DNA from: Octopus vulgaris
Taxonomy: Eukaryota
Assembly: GCA_951406725.2 (NCBI GenBank)
Contig: OX597820.1
Coordinates: forward strand, 86,180,001-86,244,000
Length of the DNA: 64,000 nucleotides
Direction: 5' to 3'
Shown in pieces: positions 14,383 to 27,114 of this stretch; within the stretch, counting starts at the first letter, position 1, and every line of letters starts with the position of its first letter. The notes beneath the pieces are model-generated. The model saw only the letters and a list, made by a program, of their open reading frames with translations. It had not been told where the DNA came from and did no database searches. The position numbers were made by a program, and so were the translations under genes.

Positions 14383-14553
14383 GAATGAGAGAGCTGTGCA
14401 TGCCATCAAAGTGACACTGGGGTAAAGTATTCGAAGCCCAGTATACCCATCATGACTACCCATCTGATAAGGGTACTCCAGGCAGATGCCTCACAACCAT
14501 ATGTGCGTGACATGCTGATCTCATTTCAAGATAAACAGCGCTTGACCTTGCAG
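14383..14553 (-). mobile_element. Family C, 5'-truncated copy ending in (TAA)n
   Basis: TGAGAGAGCTGTGCATGCCATCAAAGTGACACTGGGGTAAA next to (TTA)n. Confidence 0.75.
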
Positions 14554-14590
14554 TGGTGGTGGTGGTGTTGGTGGTTTTGGTGGTGGTAGT

Positions 14591-14641
<51 letters not shown>

Positions 14642-14699
14642 CACTAGTCCCCTTTTATTGTGAACTTGTGGGCTTATTTTTGACTTCATAATGGAGCAT

Positions 14700-15990
14700 T
14701 GTATGCCTTGAGTATGTGAGATGTTATCTTCTATTTTTCATATTTCCCGCTTTTTCCATTGTATTGAAACATCGCAACATAATGTGTGTGCATAGATGTA
14801 CAAGCGTGCAAGCTTAAATACCGAAGGGTTGAGGTGTCATTGTGTATTTATTTGCACTTTCATCATTTTCGCGAAATCTCTTATAGAAATGATTTCTCCT
14901 TTCATCCTTGAATTTCTAGGTATCTCTCTTTCTAGATAGGGTTTCTCAATTTATTTTAGAGTTGCATTATCTCATTGTAGATCTGATATTCAATCAAAAG
15001 GCACTTCCTTTTGTGGAGGTCCCTAAGAATGATAGCGATCCGATTAGACTTGATCTCCTTGATCTCCTTGTTTGACTGGATTGGCATATCCCAAATTATG
15101 GCTGCTTTCTCATTTGCTGAAATCATTTCGAGTGCTCGTTTCTTCCGTCTCTTCTCAACTGGTACTTCATAATGCTGGCGTAACTTCTATTGTTGGCTAA
15201 CGTTGTGCATTCAGAGACAATTTGACAGTTTCTTCCCCGCCTTCAAAGTGTTTGCGGTTACGCAATACAATATACTCTGCTTCGTTATATGAACTTAATA
15301 CTTTTTGATGGGAAGATTTTGAGGCTGAGTCAGTCAGGAGTGTTTAAATTTCAGCTTTGGGTTTTCACTTCGTAGCCACCGCTACTATTTCCACTCTGGC
15401 CAATTTCTCGTACATTGGTCATGTATGACACTTTCTTACCGTCATTTTATCACAGTATTCGGCTGCTCAAGAGTTAATTTGATTCTAGCTGTTTTTTCAA
15501 ATATATTTTAATCATTTGTCTTTCTCCTGACAATTCAGATTTTATTGTGTATCTTTCTACTATCTAGAGTACAGAAAACTGTCTCAATGGTGTATAACAT
15601 TTTGGATTGAGTACAGATTTTCTCTCTTGGTTCGTTATTTATCATATAAATTGTTATTGCTACCGATATTAGTTTCATTCTCCACATCCTGTATATTTGA
15701 CTTCCAAAATTTTTATGGGGTCAAAGTTTCTACACATATTGTTGGGGTTGATGTTTTGCTCAAAATGGGAGCCTAGTGCCTATTTGCATACAGGTATTTT
15801 CATTCCAGTTTTTTTTATATATATCTGCCATTTTCACCTTGTTCACTTTGTCATTCTAGATAGGCTTGCCCAGATGGTTATGGCCACGTTGATTTTAGAT
15901 GCCGCTTGGTAAATTGAATCCCACTTCTTAAGCTTTCTTACATAGAAGTGACGGCACATTTTCTGATAAATAAGTTTGCCTGTTCAATCG
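14700..15990 (-). pseudogene. Decayed R4/Dong-like LINE 3' region (CCHC plus RLE)
   Basis: WDMPIQSNKEIK..SNRIAIILRDLHKRKCLLIE resembles the WD-P-I-TD..NRPD..C-LID motif. Confidence 0.6.
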
Positions 15991-16229
15991 TGACTATATG
16001 TGACATTGGACCAGGTGACCTCAGCTAATTTAACCAGTTTCTTCCTTGGAAAGGTTTATATCTTTTTTCAATATCTTATAATTATATCCTCCCTTCTTCC
16101 TCCTCCTATTCGTCTTCCTCCTCCTCATTATCATCATCGTTTTCAGTCTTCTTGTCAGAATAAATTTCTATTGCATTTGGTCGCCTCGTTACTAACGAGA
16201 ATATTGGCTTGGTTAACATCACCATCCTG

Positions 16230-16600
<371 letters not shown>

Positions 16601-17436
16601 CCATGTTCTTATTATCGCATCATCATAATTTTGTTTCATTTGTGCATTTGCCGTGCTCGTTATTCCCGTCTTCCCTTGTCGTTGTCGTCCATGTTTGTTT
16701 TGCCGTTGTTGTTCTTCTGGTTGTTGTTATTGCTGATTTTATTCCTTTTATTTTCGATTTTGTAGTTGTTGTTTTATCTATTCTTATCATCGTTGTTATG
16801 TTGTTTATGCTGCTGCTACCGCTGCTGCTGCAGTTGCTGCCGATGTTGTGTTTGGAGTACACGCATTAGTTATGATTAACGTTAAATTTCCTGGTTTTTG
16901 CATTCTTTGCTTTGTTTGCCATAATTTGTTCCGATATTTTTTTTTTTACATTTTCCTTCCAATAATTGTATTTGTTTGTGTGAATTGAATGTAAACAAAA
17001 ATATAATTGCAATGATTAAGGAGGTCTGAATTTGAGGTTTTAACAGGAATTAGACAATGGTTTGCAAAATTGAATATGGAAAGAAAAATTGAAAAAATGT
17101 GTATTCATGTTTAGATATAATTGCTACTTTGTAGAACAGTGGGGATGGATGAGAGAGAAAGATAGCCCATAGCTAATTGCATTATATTGTAGCGCCCTTG
17201 TGCAGAGGTTATATCTTGACAAGTCGACTCCCTGATGGAAGTTCGATTTTCCGATTGAGTCAATTCGTTTCAGTCAGTTCTGCAACATGAGATCTTTTAT
17301 ATTTGTTTCTTGCCCGAAACTGCCAAATTATTAAAACCTACACACATGCATGCATTTCGCGCTATATATCTTTAGTGCCATAGATTTTACATGTTTTGTC
17401 TAACATTATAGTAGTTTTTTTTTCTTAGACGAATAT

Positions 17437-17705
17437 TTGGTAAAAAGTTTGATTTCCAGCCTCATGGCTCCGATTCAGTACCACCGCGTGGAACCTTGGA
17501 GAAGTGACTTGTACTATTAGCCTCGGGCCGATCAAAGCATTATGAGTGGAATTGGTAGATGGAAGCCGAAAGGAGCCCACCGTATATGTATGTGTATGTA
17601 TGTGTGTCTTGGAGTCTGTACCTCCTACTACTGCTTGACAACCGATGTTGGTTTGTTTACATCTCCGTTGCTTAATAGTTCGGGAGAAGCACACGATAAA
17701 ACAAT
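17437..17705 (+). mobile_element. SINE family A, diverged
   Basis: CTCGGGCCGATCAAAGCATTATGAGTGGAATTGGTAGATGG. Confidence 0.7.
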
Positions 17706-17894
17706 TATTAGGCATACTTAATGCCTATCGAGACAACGCCATCGAGTATCAAACAAGAATTCTAGTCTCGTAGGTCTTTCGGACGATTTCCAGAAATATA
17801 TTGAATAGAGTGCCGTTTACAGCCGTGTATATCTATGTTTTTATATATGTCTATATAAATATATATATATATGTATGTGTGTGTTTGTACATTC

Positions 17895-17967
<73 letters not shown>

Positions 17968-17971
<4 letters not shown>

Positions 17972-18255
17972 TTTGATCACTTTGACCGACCAGTCCGTCA
18001 GGCGTCCATTTGACACCGCTGGTCACAGCACGCTGTCCAGTCCTGTCTGGATCGCGCCTTTCTCATCCACGTGATCCCAATCGTCCTCCTGAAATCGTCA
18101 CTTCACCGTCGTGGAGGTCTTCCGGGTGGTCTTTTCCGCTCATGCGGGTACCACTTGACGACTGCGTGCGTCCACCGATTATCGGTGAGCCGGGCGACGT
18201 GTCCAGCCCATCTATACTTGCTGCGTGTATACTCTGCGATGACATCTCTCACGCA
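17968..18255 (-). mobile_element. RTE-clade LINE 3' end with short tandem-repeat tail
   Basis: SKYRWAGHVARLTDNRWT..WYPHERKRPPGRPPRR; tail (CAAAGTGAT)2 next to (TA)n. Confidence 0.85.
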
Positions 18256-18264
18256 AAAAAAAAT

Positions 18265-18610
18265 CAAAAACGCGAGAAAGGGGAACATGTAAAGTATTAG
18301 CAGACGCTCAGGGTAAGAAAGAAAGATGGTTTAACGTTTCGAGCAAAGCTCTTCTTCAGAAATAGAAGGAAGTCCAATAGAAAGGAAGAGGGAGGAAGAA
18401 AATCAACATATTTATATATATCCATTTCCTTCCGGTCATTTCAAAATGTAACCACATGTGAATCGTTGGCGATTTTCTTCCTCCCTCTTCATTTCTATTG
18501 GACTTCCCTCTATTTCTGAAGAAGAGCGTTGCTCGAAACGTTAAACCATCTTTTTTTCATTCCCTGAGCGTCTGCTAATACTTTACATGATCCACGTCCT
18601 GGCGTTGTTG
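18265..18610. repeat. Fold-back (arms 18265-18404, 18471-18610), each arm with a minimal hammerhead motif
   Basis: CTGAAGA-A-GAGC-gtt-GCTC-GAAACGTT at 18516-18542 and its reverse complement at about 18333-18359. Confidence 0.8.
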
Positions 18611-18651
18611 ATTAGTTTACGTTTCTTTTTGTTTTGGGGAATTTATGTGTT

Positions 18652-18682
<31 letters not shown>

Positions 18683-20419
18683 GTGTATGTGTGTTTGTGT
18701 GTATGTATATGTATACCTATGGGTATAGTTAAGAGCCCTGTATGATTTTAGGATCATCCAGTCCTGTAAATTTTGGCCATGAAGTGAATTAGCTAAGAAA
18801 CAATGTTCGCACTTGCCAAATGACCTCTCAAGCGACCATGTCCAGAATGGTACGTGTATTGACATACATCGCGGAGTGTATTAGCAGTGTGTACTAACGC
18901 CATACTGCTATTGTGTGCAGTGATGTACGCCCCGGAAACCTGGAACTACTGTTGATGTTATACTCAGACCCTTTCTCAAGGCATTCAATGTATTGTCACT
19001 GTTCATCTCTCCACCATCCTCCAGGTTTAGGCCAGCAACAGCATTGGGGAGCGGGAACTCAGCTTCAGTTCTCGGGGGTACAAAAACGAGGTGAATGAAT
19101 CAATAAATGTTCGTATCATCGTAATGACAAGTATGACCAGTGAGATACTATTTAGTGATATTTAAATTCTAGTATGTATTTAACTGGAAATCTTCATTTA
19201 CACACAGCTATATTGGATGGCTGCCTACAAATCTGGGGCCACTCAAGCGACATGGCCCCTGAACTCTGTATAAAGGTGTATGTATATTTGTACGCATATA
19301 CATAAACATATATATTGCTCTTTCACAATGGCGCCAAGTGGTTATAATATTGGAATGGAACTTAAATTTTGAATCACGCAATCATTATGTTTAACAGTTA
19401 GTCCTTTCGAATAAAGAATAAATAAAACAAAAACTATAGAACCCATACTGAACTTTTGAATTAATAAAATTCTCTGAAACATTATTGAAGAAATAGCGAT
19501 TTCTTGTTTCATTGACAATCATCAAGTGATGCTTCTTTTGAAATTTGGAAAAAAAAAAAAATTTTCTATTCTTTTTGTTTCGTTGCTTGAAATTTATTCC
19601 GCCATTTCTATTAGATTTTAACTTTGTTATATCGTTTTTCGTTTGATATTATTAGACATAGCAAAGTTTCTCTTTTAGCATTAATAGCTTCTTTTAAAAG
19701 AAGTAAATGTTTGCCATTGTAAAGAAAATAGAAAGACTCTTTCATTTCAGAATTAATTCAGGTAATTAATTTAGAAATTTCAAAAGGTCCGTGAGATAAA
19801 GAAAACTAGACAATTCATTAAACTTCATATAAAGGATAGAATTCTAAAATCAAAATACGAGAGCAGAGGATTCACAAAAAGCTAGGTCGAGCGAAAAAAT
19901 ATAGGCATTGAAGAGTTGCATGAGGACACATACAACACTCCTATTGTGAATAGGTCGCAGATCATCACGATTCTACAAGATGTCACAGAAAAATACTAAC
20001 AAAATGTATGCATTTGAGGCAGAGAACATTTCTACGATTTCTGATGAGTTCACAACAAAGTTGCGGAAAATATTTCATAAAATAAATCACAAAATGGAAC
20101 ATTTTTTTGTATATTTTTATACTCCAGGATGCAGGTAAATATTTAACAGAGGAACATATTATAGGCAAGTGTGTATGCATATTTAAACATGCACTAAGCA
20201 CACACCCTGTGCATATACACACAAAGGAGGTGTATATGAGTATGACTGTGTTTATGTGTGTATATGTGTATCGGTGTGAGTTTACTTGCGTGCCTGCGTA
20301 TGTGCGAGTGTGTATGAAAATTGGTCGATGGTGGAAGCCCAATTTCTTTCAGGGGTACAAATATTCTTATATTTTTTGTGGATTTTGTTGCTTTCTTTCA
20401 TTATATATTCTTTTTCTAG

Positions 20420-20575
20420 CTGCAGGTATGACTACGTGGTAAGAAGCTTGCTTTCCAATGACATGACTCCGGGTTCAGTCCCACAGTGTGTCACCTTGGG
20501 CAAGATTACTCTAGCTTTGGTCTGATCAAAGCCTTGTGAGTGTATTTGGTTAACGGAAACTAAAAGAAGACCAGC
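20420..20575 (+). mobile_element. SINE family A, 5' half
   Basis: GTGGTAAGAAGCTTGCTTTCCAA..GGGTTCAGTCCCAC. Confidence 0.75.
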
Positions 20576-20883
20576 CTATATATATATATATATATACATA
20601 TAAAAGTAAATAAATGGTACAACGAAGTACCGATATTTACTGGAAAATAGCGATCGTAATAAATACAACGCTATTGTATAGCTTCACTGCGTATATACTA
20701 GCAAAGACGTGTGTGTGTGTGCAACAAACATGAAAAAATTTGTCTTACTTCTAGGAAGAACATCTGAAAAATGGAAAACCTAGAAACGGATAATGCAGGA
20801 CCGATTTCAGACTCTTCATATACGTTTGACAACGTAGATTTGATTTGTCCTCATCAGCTATATGCAGCTGATTATGCATAGAA

Positions 20884-21270
20884 GGCGCAGGAGTGGCTGT
20901 GTGGTAAGTAGCTTGCTAACCAACCACACGGTTGCGGGTTCAGTCCCACTGCGTGGCATCTTGGGCAAGTGTCTTCTGCTATAGCCCCGGGCCGACCAAT
21001 GCCTTGTGAGTGGATTTGGTAGACGGAAACTGAAAGAAGCCTGTCGTATATATGTATATATATATATATATATGTTTGTATGTATGTGTGTGTTTGTGTG
21101 TCTGTCCCCCTAGCATTGCTTGACAACCGATGCTGGTGTGTTTACGTCCCCGTCACTTAGCGGTTCGGCAAAAAGAGACCGATAGAATAAGTACTAAAAG
21201 GTGGTGCTCCAGCATGGCCGCAATCAAATGACTGAAACAAGTAAAAGAGAAAAGAGTAAAAGAAAGAGAG
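20884..21270 (+). mobile_element. SINE family A, near full length, young
   Basis: Complete head, internal microsatellite, tail ACTGAAACAAGTAAAAGAG repeats. Confidence 0.92.
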
Positions 21271-21439
21271 AAGAATATATTACACAAAGGAATTCCAACT
21301 CTGTTTATTATGTTTTATTTATATTCTTATAATATTAATATACGATACAGAATATAGAATATATAGTAAGAAAGAAATGAAATGAAATATCGATTGTATT
21401 ATTGAACAAATGAAATATTGAAAATTAAATATTAAATGT

Positions 21440-22505
21440 CTATTCTCATTGAACTAGTATACTTTGTTGCATTTAAGTATTCATCAGGTTCAGGTTGCGA
21501 CAGGAACGCTTCGACTGTGGTTTACTGGTTGCCTTTTGTCCTTTATATACATTCCTGTGGGCAGCAGTAGTAGTTACTTGGCTATTTTTAGAAATGTTGC
21601 CAAACCATTTTCCCGTGTTTATTTTAAGAAATGATGATAGCAGCACTTTTTAGGGATTTTTAATTTTTAGGTATAGGGGTAAGATTTTTAAACCTTAAAT
21701 AAGATCAATCTAATCATTGTTTATTAAGCTTGGGTTTGAATTTATTAATAAAATCCTTTTTACTCAGTTTTCTCTCGATTTCATTCAGATTGTATAGTTT
21801 ATGAAATGGAAACATCATAAATGTTTTCCGACCACATATTGCCCGATGTTTACTCAGTGGTATTTGGCGCCCTTCTGGATTTTTAATTTGTTGTAGATGC
21901 ACACGCGAGCGTTCTGATAGTGCATTGCCTTTCTCGCCAACGTACAGTTCTTCACAATTTGGGCATTTGCTGCAGTAGATTAAATTTCTGCTTTTGCAGT
22001 TCATGTTTGCGTTTGTGAATATTTCTCCTGTTTTTGTGTTCATATATGGGCCGGTATGAATTAATTGGCATGTACCGCATCGGCTATCATTGCATTTAGA
22101 CACAGTGAATGTTTGATCTTTGTTGCTCCTTACCTTTGTTAATAACTTTTTCAAGCGCTTAGGCTGTCTTTTACTGAGAGTTATAGTTTGATCTGTAATG
22201 GTATCTCTTAATTCCTTACTTTGTGCAATGATTGGTAGGTTTGATTTAGCGATATTACAGATGTTCTGGTGGCATGGATTATGTGTCACTATAAATAGTA
22301 TGATTTGTTTTTGTTTTTCTCTTCTTTATGGCCTCCTCAGTTGTTGTATGGGTATTTTCATTGTCCACTAAATAGCATTTTCTATAAGTAATGACGGGTA
22401 TTTTCGTTTAAGCAAAAATTCTTTCATTTCCATCAGGCGCTGATTTCTGGTCTTTAAATCTTCTACAATGGTACAGATTCTTCTGGCTAAGCGTTTAAAG
22501 ACCAG
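21440..22505 (-). mobile_element. 5'-truncated Penelope-like element: RT thumb, Cys linker and GIY-YIG endonuclease (ORF 22289-21714), plus 3' pLTR remnant
   Basis: RLARRICTIV..L.EMKEFLLKRKYP; C-x4-C-x2-C linker; CKSRNLIYCSKCPNCEELYVGE..LSERSRVH. Confidence 0.88.
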
Positions 22506-22564
<59 letters not shown>

Positions 22565-22567
<3 letters not shown>

Positions 22568-22782
22568 CAGAAACGTTAGCGCGCCGGGAGAAATGCTTAG
22601 CGGTATTTCGTCTGTCGTTACGTTCTGAGTTCAAATTCCGCCGAGGTCGACTTTGCCTTTCATCCTTTCAGGGTCGATAAATAAAGTACCAGTTTCGCAC
22701 TGGGGTCGATGTAATTGACTTAATCCCTTTGTCTGTCCTTGTTTGTCCCCTCTATGTTTAGCCCCTTGTGGGCAGTAAAGAA

Positions 22783-22785
<3 letters not shown>
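22565..22785 (+). mobile_element. SINE family B, 5'-clipped at (CA)n
   Basis: GGCAGAAACGTTAGC..GCCCCTTGTGGGCAGTAAAGAAATA. Confidence 0.9.
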
Positions 22786-22834
<49 letters not shown>

Positions 22835-22835
<1 letters not shown>

Positions 22836-22950
22836 ATGAGCTTCTTTCAGTTTCCGTCTACCAAATCCACTCACAAGGCTTTGGTCGGCCCGAGGCTACA
22901 GTAGAAGACACTTGCCCAAGGTGCCACGCAGAGGGAGCGAACCCAGAACC
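22835..22950 (-). mobile_element. SINE family A fragment
   Basis: CTTCTTTCAGTTTCCGTCTACCAAATCCACTCACAAGG. Confidence 0.8.
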
Positions 22951-23380
22951 ACTATTTTCCCTGAAAGTTGTTTTGTTTTATATTTACTATGGATTGCTCG
23001 AAGCTAACTTTCTTCCTACACCTCGATCCCTGGATCTTGTGTGTGTGTGTGTGTGTGTGTCTACCTGTGTGTATGTGAGTGTGAGTCCGAGCATACACAC
23101 ACACACACATTTATATATATATTAAAGAGATAAATAGATTTAGATATATCCGCATGCCTGTATGTCGTTGCATTTGTTTCGATCACCACCCGACAACCAG
23201 TGGTGGTTTGTTTACTTCTCTGTTACTTATGCCTTCGGCAAAAGGAGCCTGATATAATGATGATCAAGCTTTTAAAAAGTAACGGGCCCATTCGTCCGTC
23301 CAAAATGTTGAAGGCAGTAACCCATCATTGCCATGCTCCAAAGACGAAACAAGGGATTGACATTTGTACGTATATGTGCT

Positions 23381-23426
<46 letters not shown>

Positions 23427-23918
23427 CGTGTGTGTGAGTATGTACGTGTGTGCGTGTCAGTATGTATGATTCGTGTGTCTATCGATTGAATTACTATTAA
23501 CAGATGACTGAGATTAAAGCCAAATATATCGGCTTCACGGCCGTGATGACAGTGACTTGTGTTGACAAATTCCGATAGAGTTAAAGTATTGAATGGATTC
23601 TATTTGAGTATAGTGAAGAAATGAACTGGCTGGAGAAGAAACTCAGTTAGAATTATAGATGATTCCTCTCCTCACAACAGCAGTGAAGCAATTTCACTTC
23701 TACTGCTATAAAAAGGCCAACGGGATCCCCATGGAGATTCTGTTCAGAACAAAAGGAGACAAAAGTGCATATAAGAATTTTAGTGTCGGTGCTTTATATA
23801 TTCAAACAACTTACATTTCACACATGGGCATACACACAGGTAAGCACTCACAAATAAAACAATGTTCGTTTGTTTTCCACCTGCCTTCGTATTTTGTCTA
23901 TTTTCATAAAGCTTCCCG

Positions 23919-23954
<36 letters not shown>

Positions 23955-23987
23955 ATATGTGTGTATGTATGTATGTATGTATGTATG

Positions 23988-24035
<48 letters not shown>

Positions 24036-24177
24036 CATATATATACATACATATATATGCATTTACATATATACATATACATATATACATATATAAATAT
24101 ATATTTATGCATATTTATATGCATACTTTTATATATATATATATGTATGTATATATATATCTATGTATGCATATATG

Positions 24178-24222
<45 letters not shown>

Positions 24223-24247
24223 ATATATATCTATGTATGCATATATG

Positions 24248-24287
<40 letters not shown>

Positions 24288-24399
24288 AGATAGATAGATA
24301 GATAGATAGAATTTTATAATCCTATAACCTTTAATGGATATGGATTTGAATATCTTTAAATAAACTGGTGTTTGCATGTCAATTTCTCCATTTTCTTTA

Positions 24400-25932
24400 T
24401 CTAATTCATTTATATATATATATATATATTATATTAAAAGCAAGTTGTCTGTGTGTGTGTAGTGTGAACCACTTCTATTCCTACCATTTTCAACCAAGTT
24501 TCACCAAAATTTGACATGTGTGCTCTCTTTGACTTAGGACGCTTTTTCTTATAATTATTCCTTGAAATTCCGCGTCCCCAAGATAAATAGAGTTCTCTCA
24601 ATTCGCCAAGGATTTGGCTTCAGCCAGCAAAAAAAGAAAAAAACGTGTCACACACCCAGCTGGACAAAATCAATACTTTGTCAGCTATGGAGAGCTGTTA
24701 TTGACTGCTTGCACAATACTGCCAGCAGTATTCATTCGCGAGTTACGATTTGCCTCTGTTTTCATGTGAGCGCTCTTTTTCATGTGATTATTCCAACTTA
24801 AACTAGCTACTTCATAACTCTTACCCAAAATTAAAAATTCTTAATTCGGTTTGCTTGATTAACATTTTTGCCAACTACATTTTACTATTATTTTGGGTGC
24901 TACACATTCACCGTTTTTTCCTTAGGACTTTTTCTGTTGTGTAAACTGATATTTTTCTACCATGCCTCGGCGCAAATGATCCAACATAGGTCGGCAAACA
25001 AATGCTGCAAAGAAAAGTAAACGTATACATGCAAATGAATCTGCTGAGGACGCCGCCAGGAGGAACTCACTCAGTGCACTTAGGATGGCTTCAGCGCGAA
25101 GAAGGGAAAGTAAAGAGCAGCGTTGTGATCGGTTTGTACGTATTGTTGCGCAACGAGCTGCCCAGAGCAACGAGCAACGTTCAGCACACCGAATAAGAAA
25201 TGCTTCCTCTACTGCTGCTGCACGAGCTTCAGAGACTGTAGCACAACGCACAGATCGACTTACAAGATTTGCTTCCTCTGCTGCTGATGCACAGAGATAC
25301 AGAGACTGCAGCACAACGCGCAGATCGACTTACAAGATTTGTTGCAGCAACTGCTGCTGCTGCGCGCTACGGAGACTACAGGCGAAATACAACAACGACT
25401 GGAGGCTACAACAAAGCGAAGGACGGCACGACGTTCCTACTCAAGGCCATGATCCTCGCGTTGGTCAACGATAGCATTCATCTACGATCCTACAATTTAC
25501 TGTAGTAGTCACCCTGACGTTCAAATAGGCTGCGTATCTACAATCTGCCAATTTTGCCGAGCTAAAAGTGGCGTGGAGAAACTCACGGCATGTGCTGCTC
25601 CAACGGTAAGGTTACGGTATCTCTTCTACAAGATCCTCCACCCCTTTTGACTGATCTTTTGACAGGGGCGTTTCCTTATTCTCATCACTTTCTCAAGTGG
25701 ATACGTGCCTACAACTGCGCGTTCCAAATGACTTCCTCCGGTGCCAACATCATACAAGATGGGCATTTCACGCCTTCCGTTAACGTGTAGGGGCAGATTT
25801 ACCATAGAATTGGTTTCCCGCAGCGGAATGACACTGCCTTGCCTCAGTTTCTTCAGTTCAACTTCGTTGGAGACTACGCTGACCAGGCATACTTAACAAA
25901 CAGCTCTGAGCAACGCCAGGAACGCCTGATAG
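24400..25932 (+). mobile_element. Internally deleted Helitron with RepHel N-terminal remnant (24962-25880)
   Basis: MPRRK*SNIGR; CCSNGKV..FLKWIRAYNCAFQMTSSGA..GQIYHRIG..PQFLQ; degenerate 3' hairpin CTGAGCAACGCCAGG..ATAG|T. Confidence 0.8.
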
Positions 25933-26130
25933 TATATATAAAACTGAGAATGTGTGTGTGTCTGTCTGTATGTATGTATGTCGGTATGTATGTTTGCATC
26001 ACTAAAACTCGAGAGCTCCTCAACCGAATTCATTCAAGTTTTCCACATGCTTTTCTTAGAGTCGTTGAAGTTTCATGGGCAAAACAAAAATCAGCTTCTT
26101 ACCTAAATCGAGCCCGGAGCATTCTCTTAA
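25933..26130 (+). mobile_element. 5' end of a second Helitron-like element
   Basis: ATATATAAAA..(TGTC)/(TGTA)n..CAACCGAATTCATTCAAGTT resembles the 5' end at 61611. Confidence 0.45.
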
Positions 26131-26134
26131 TGTG

Positions 26135-26214
<80 letters not shown>

Positions 26215-26358
26215 TTTTGAGTGTGGCCATTCTGGAGCACTGACTTTCAGTTGGAGAAATCGACTTCTAGACTTATTCTTTGTAAACCTGGAGCTTATTC
26301 TATCGTTAACTTCTGCCGAACCGGTGTGTGTGTGTATGTGTGTGTTTGTGTGTGTGAG

Positions 26359-26389
<31 letters not shown>

Positions 26390-26836
26390 ATGTATGTATG
26401 TATGTATGTATGTATGTACGTATGCATGTATGTAAGTATGTATCTATGTATGTATGTACTCATTCAGAATAAATAAAGCCCCGTATATTACTAGCTTAAC
26501 TTATACAAATTTTAACGCCGGTTGAATATTTGCTTCTAATTCTGTCATCGGAGAGAAAGTCTTTTATAACTATATATTAACAATTTCTCTATACTTGCAA
26601 ATTTCTTCTTTTATAATTATTTTGCAAAATAATGTATCTATAAAAATACTTTTGATCTGATGCATTGATATTAAAATGTTACTCTATCACAGAAATTCCC
26701 CTTGGTTTTAAATAGTTTAAAAATTATTCGCTTCGATTAAAATTCGCCCTATAGATTATTTTTCGATGAAAAGTCATATGACCGTCGTATAAGTGTTTGT
26801 GAAGTGAATCTACTTCTCATCGACAACTGTGATTGT

Positions 26837-26881
26837 CACACGCCGATGACGGGTCAATACCCAGAAACTCGAGTCCGTGTG
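26837..26881 (+). ncRNA. Minimal type I hammerhead motif (core CCGAUGA)
   Basis: Stem I CACACG/CGTGTG, stem II GGGT-caat-ACCC, GAA + palindromic ACTCGAGT, GUC site. Confidence 0.7.
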
Positions 26882-27041
26882 TATCATAAGTTGAAGACGG
26901 GAAGGATGGCTTCCCATTACAAACACTGATAGGGCACAGAAAGTGTGTTTATGGCCAGCTGGAGGAGGTGTCCTCCTGGGGCTACAAACTACAGTAGCAT
27001 CCACCCTTAGGGGTTAGCCATATTGAAATGGCAAATACACG

Positions 27042-27112
<71 letters not shown>

Positions 27113-27114
<2 letters not shown>

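Noticed and set aside
20035-20085. CTGATGAG..GAAAATATT hammerhead-like string
   Set aside because: No stem I and a poor stem II register
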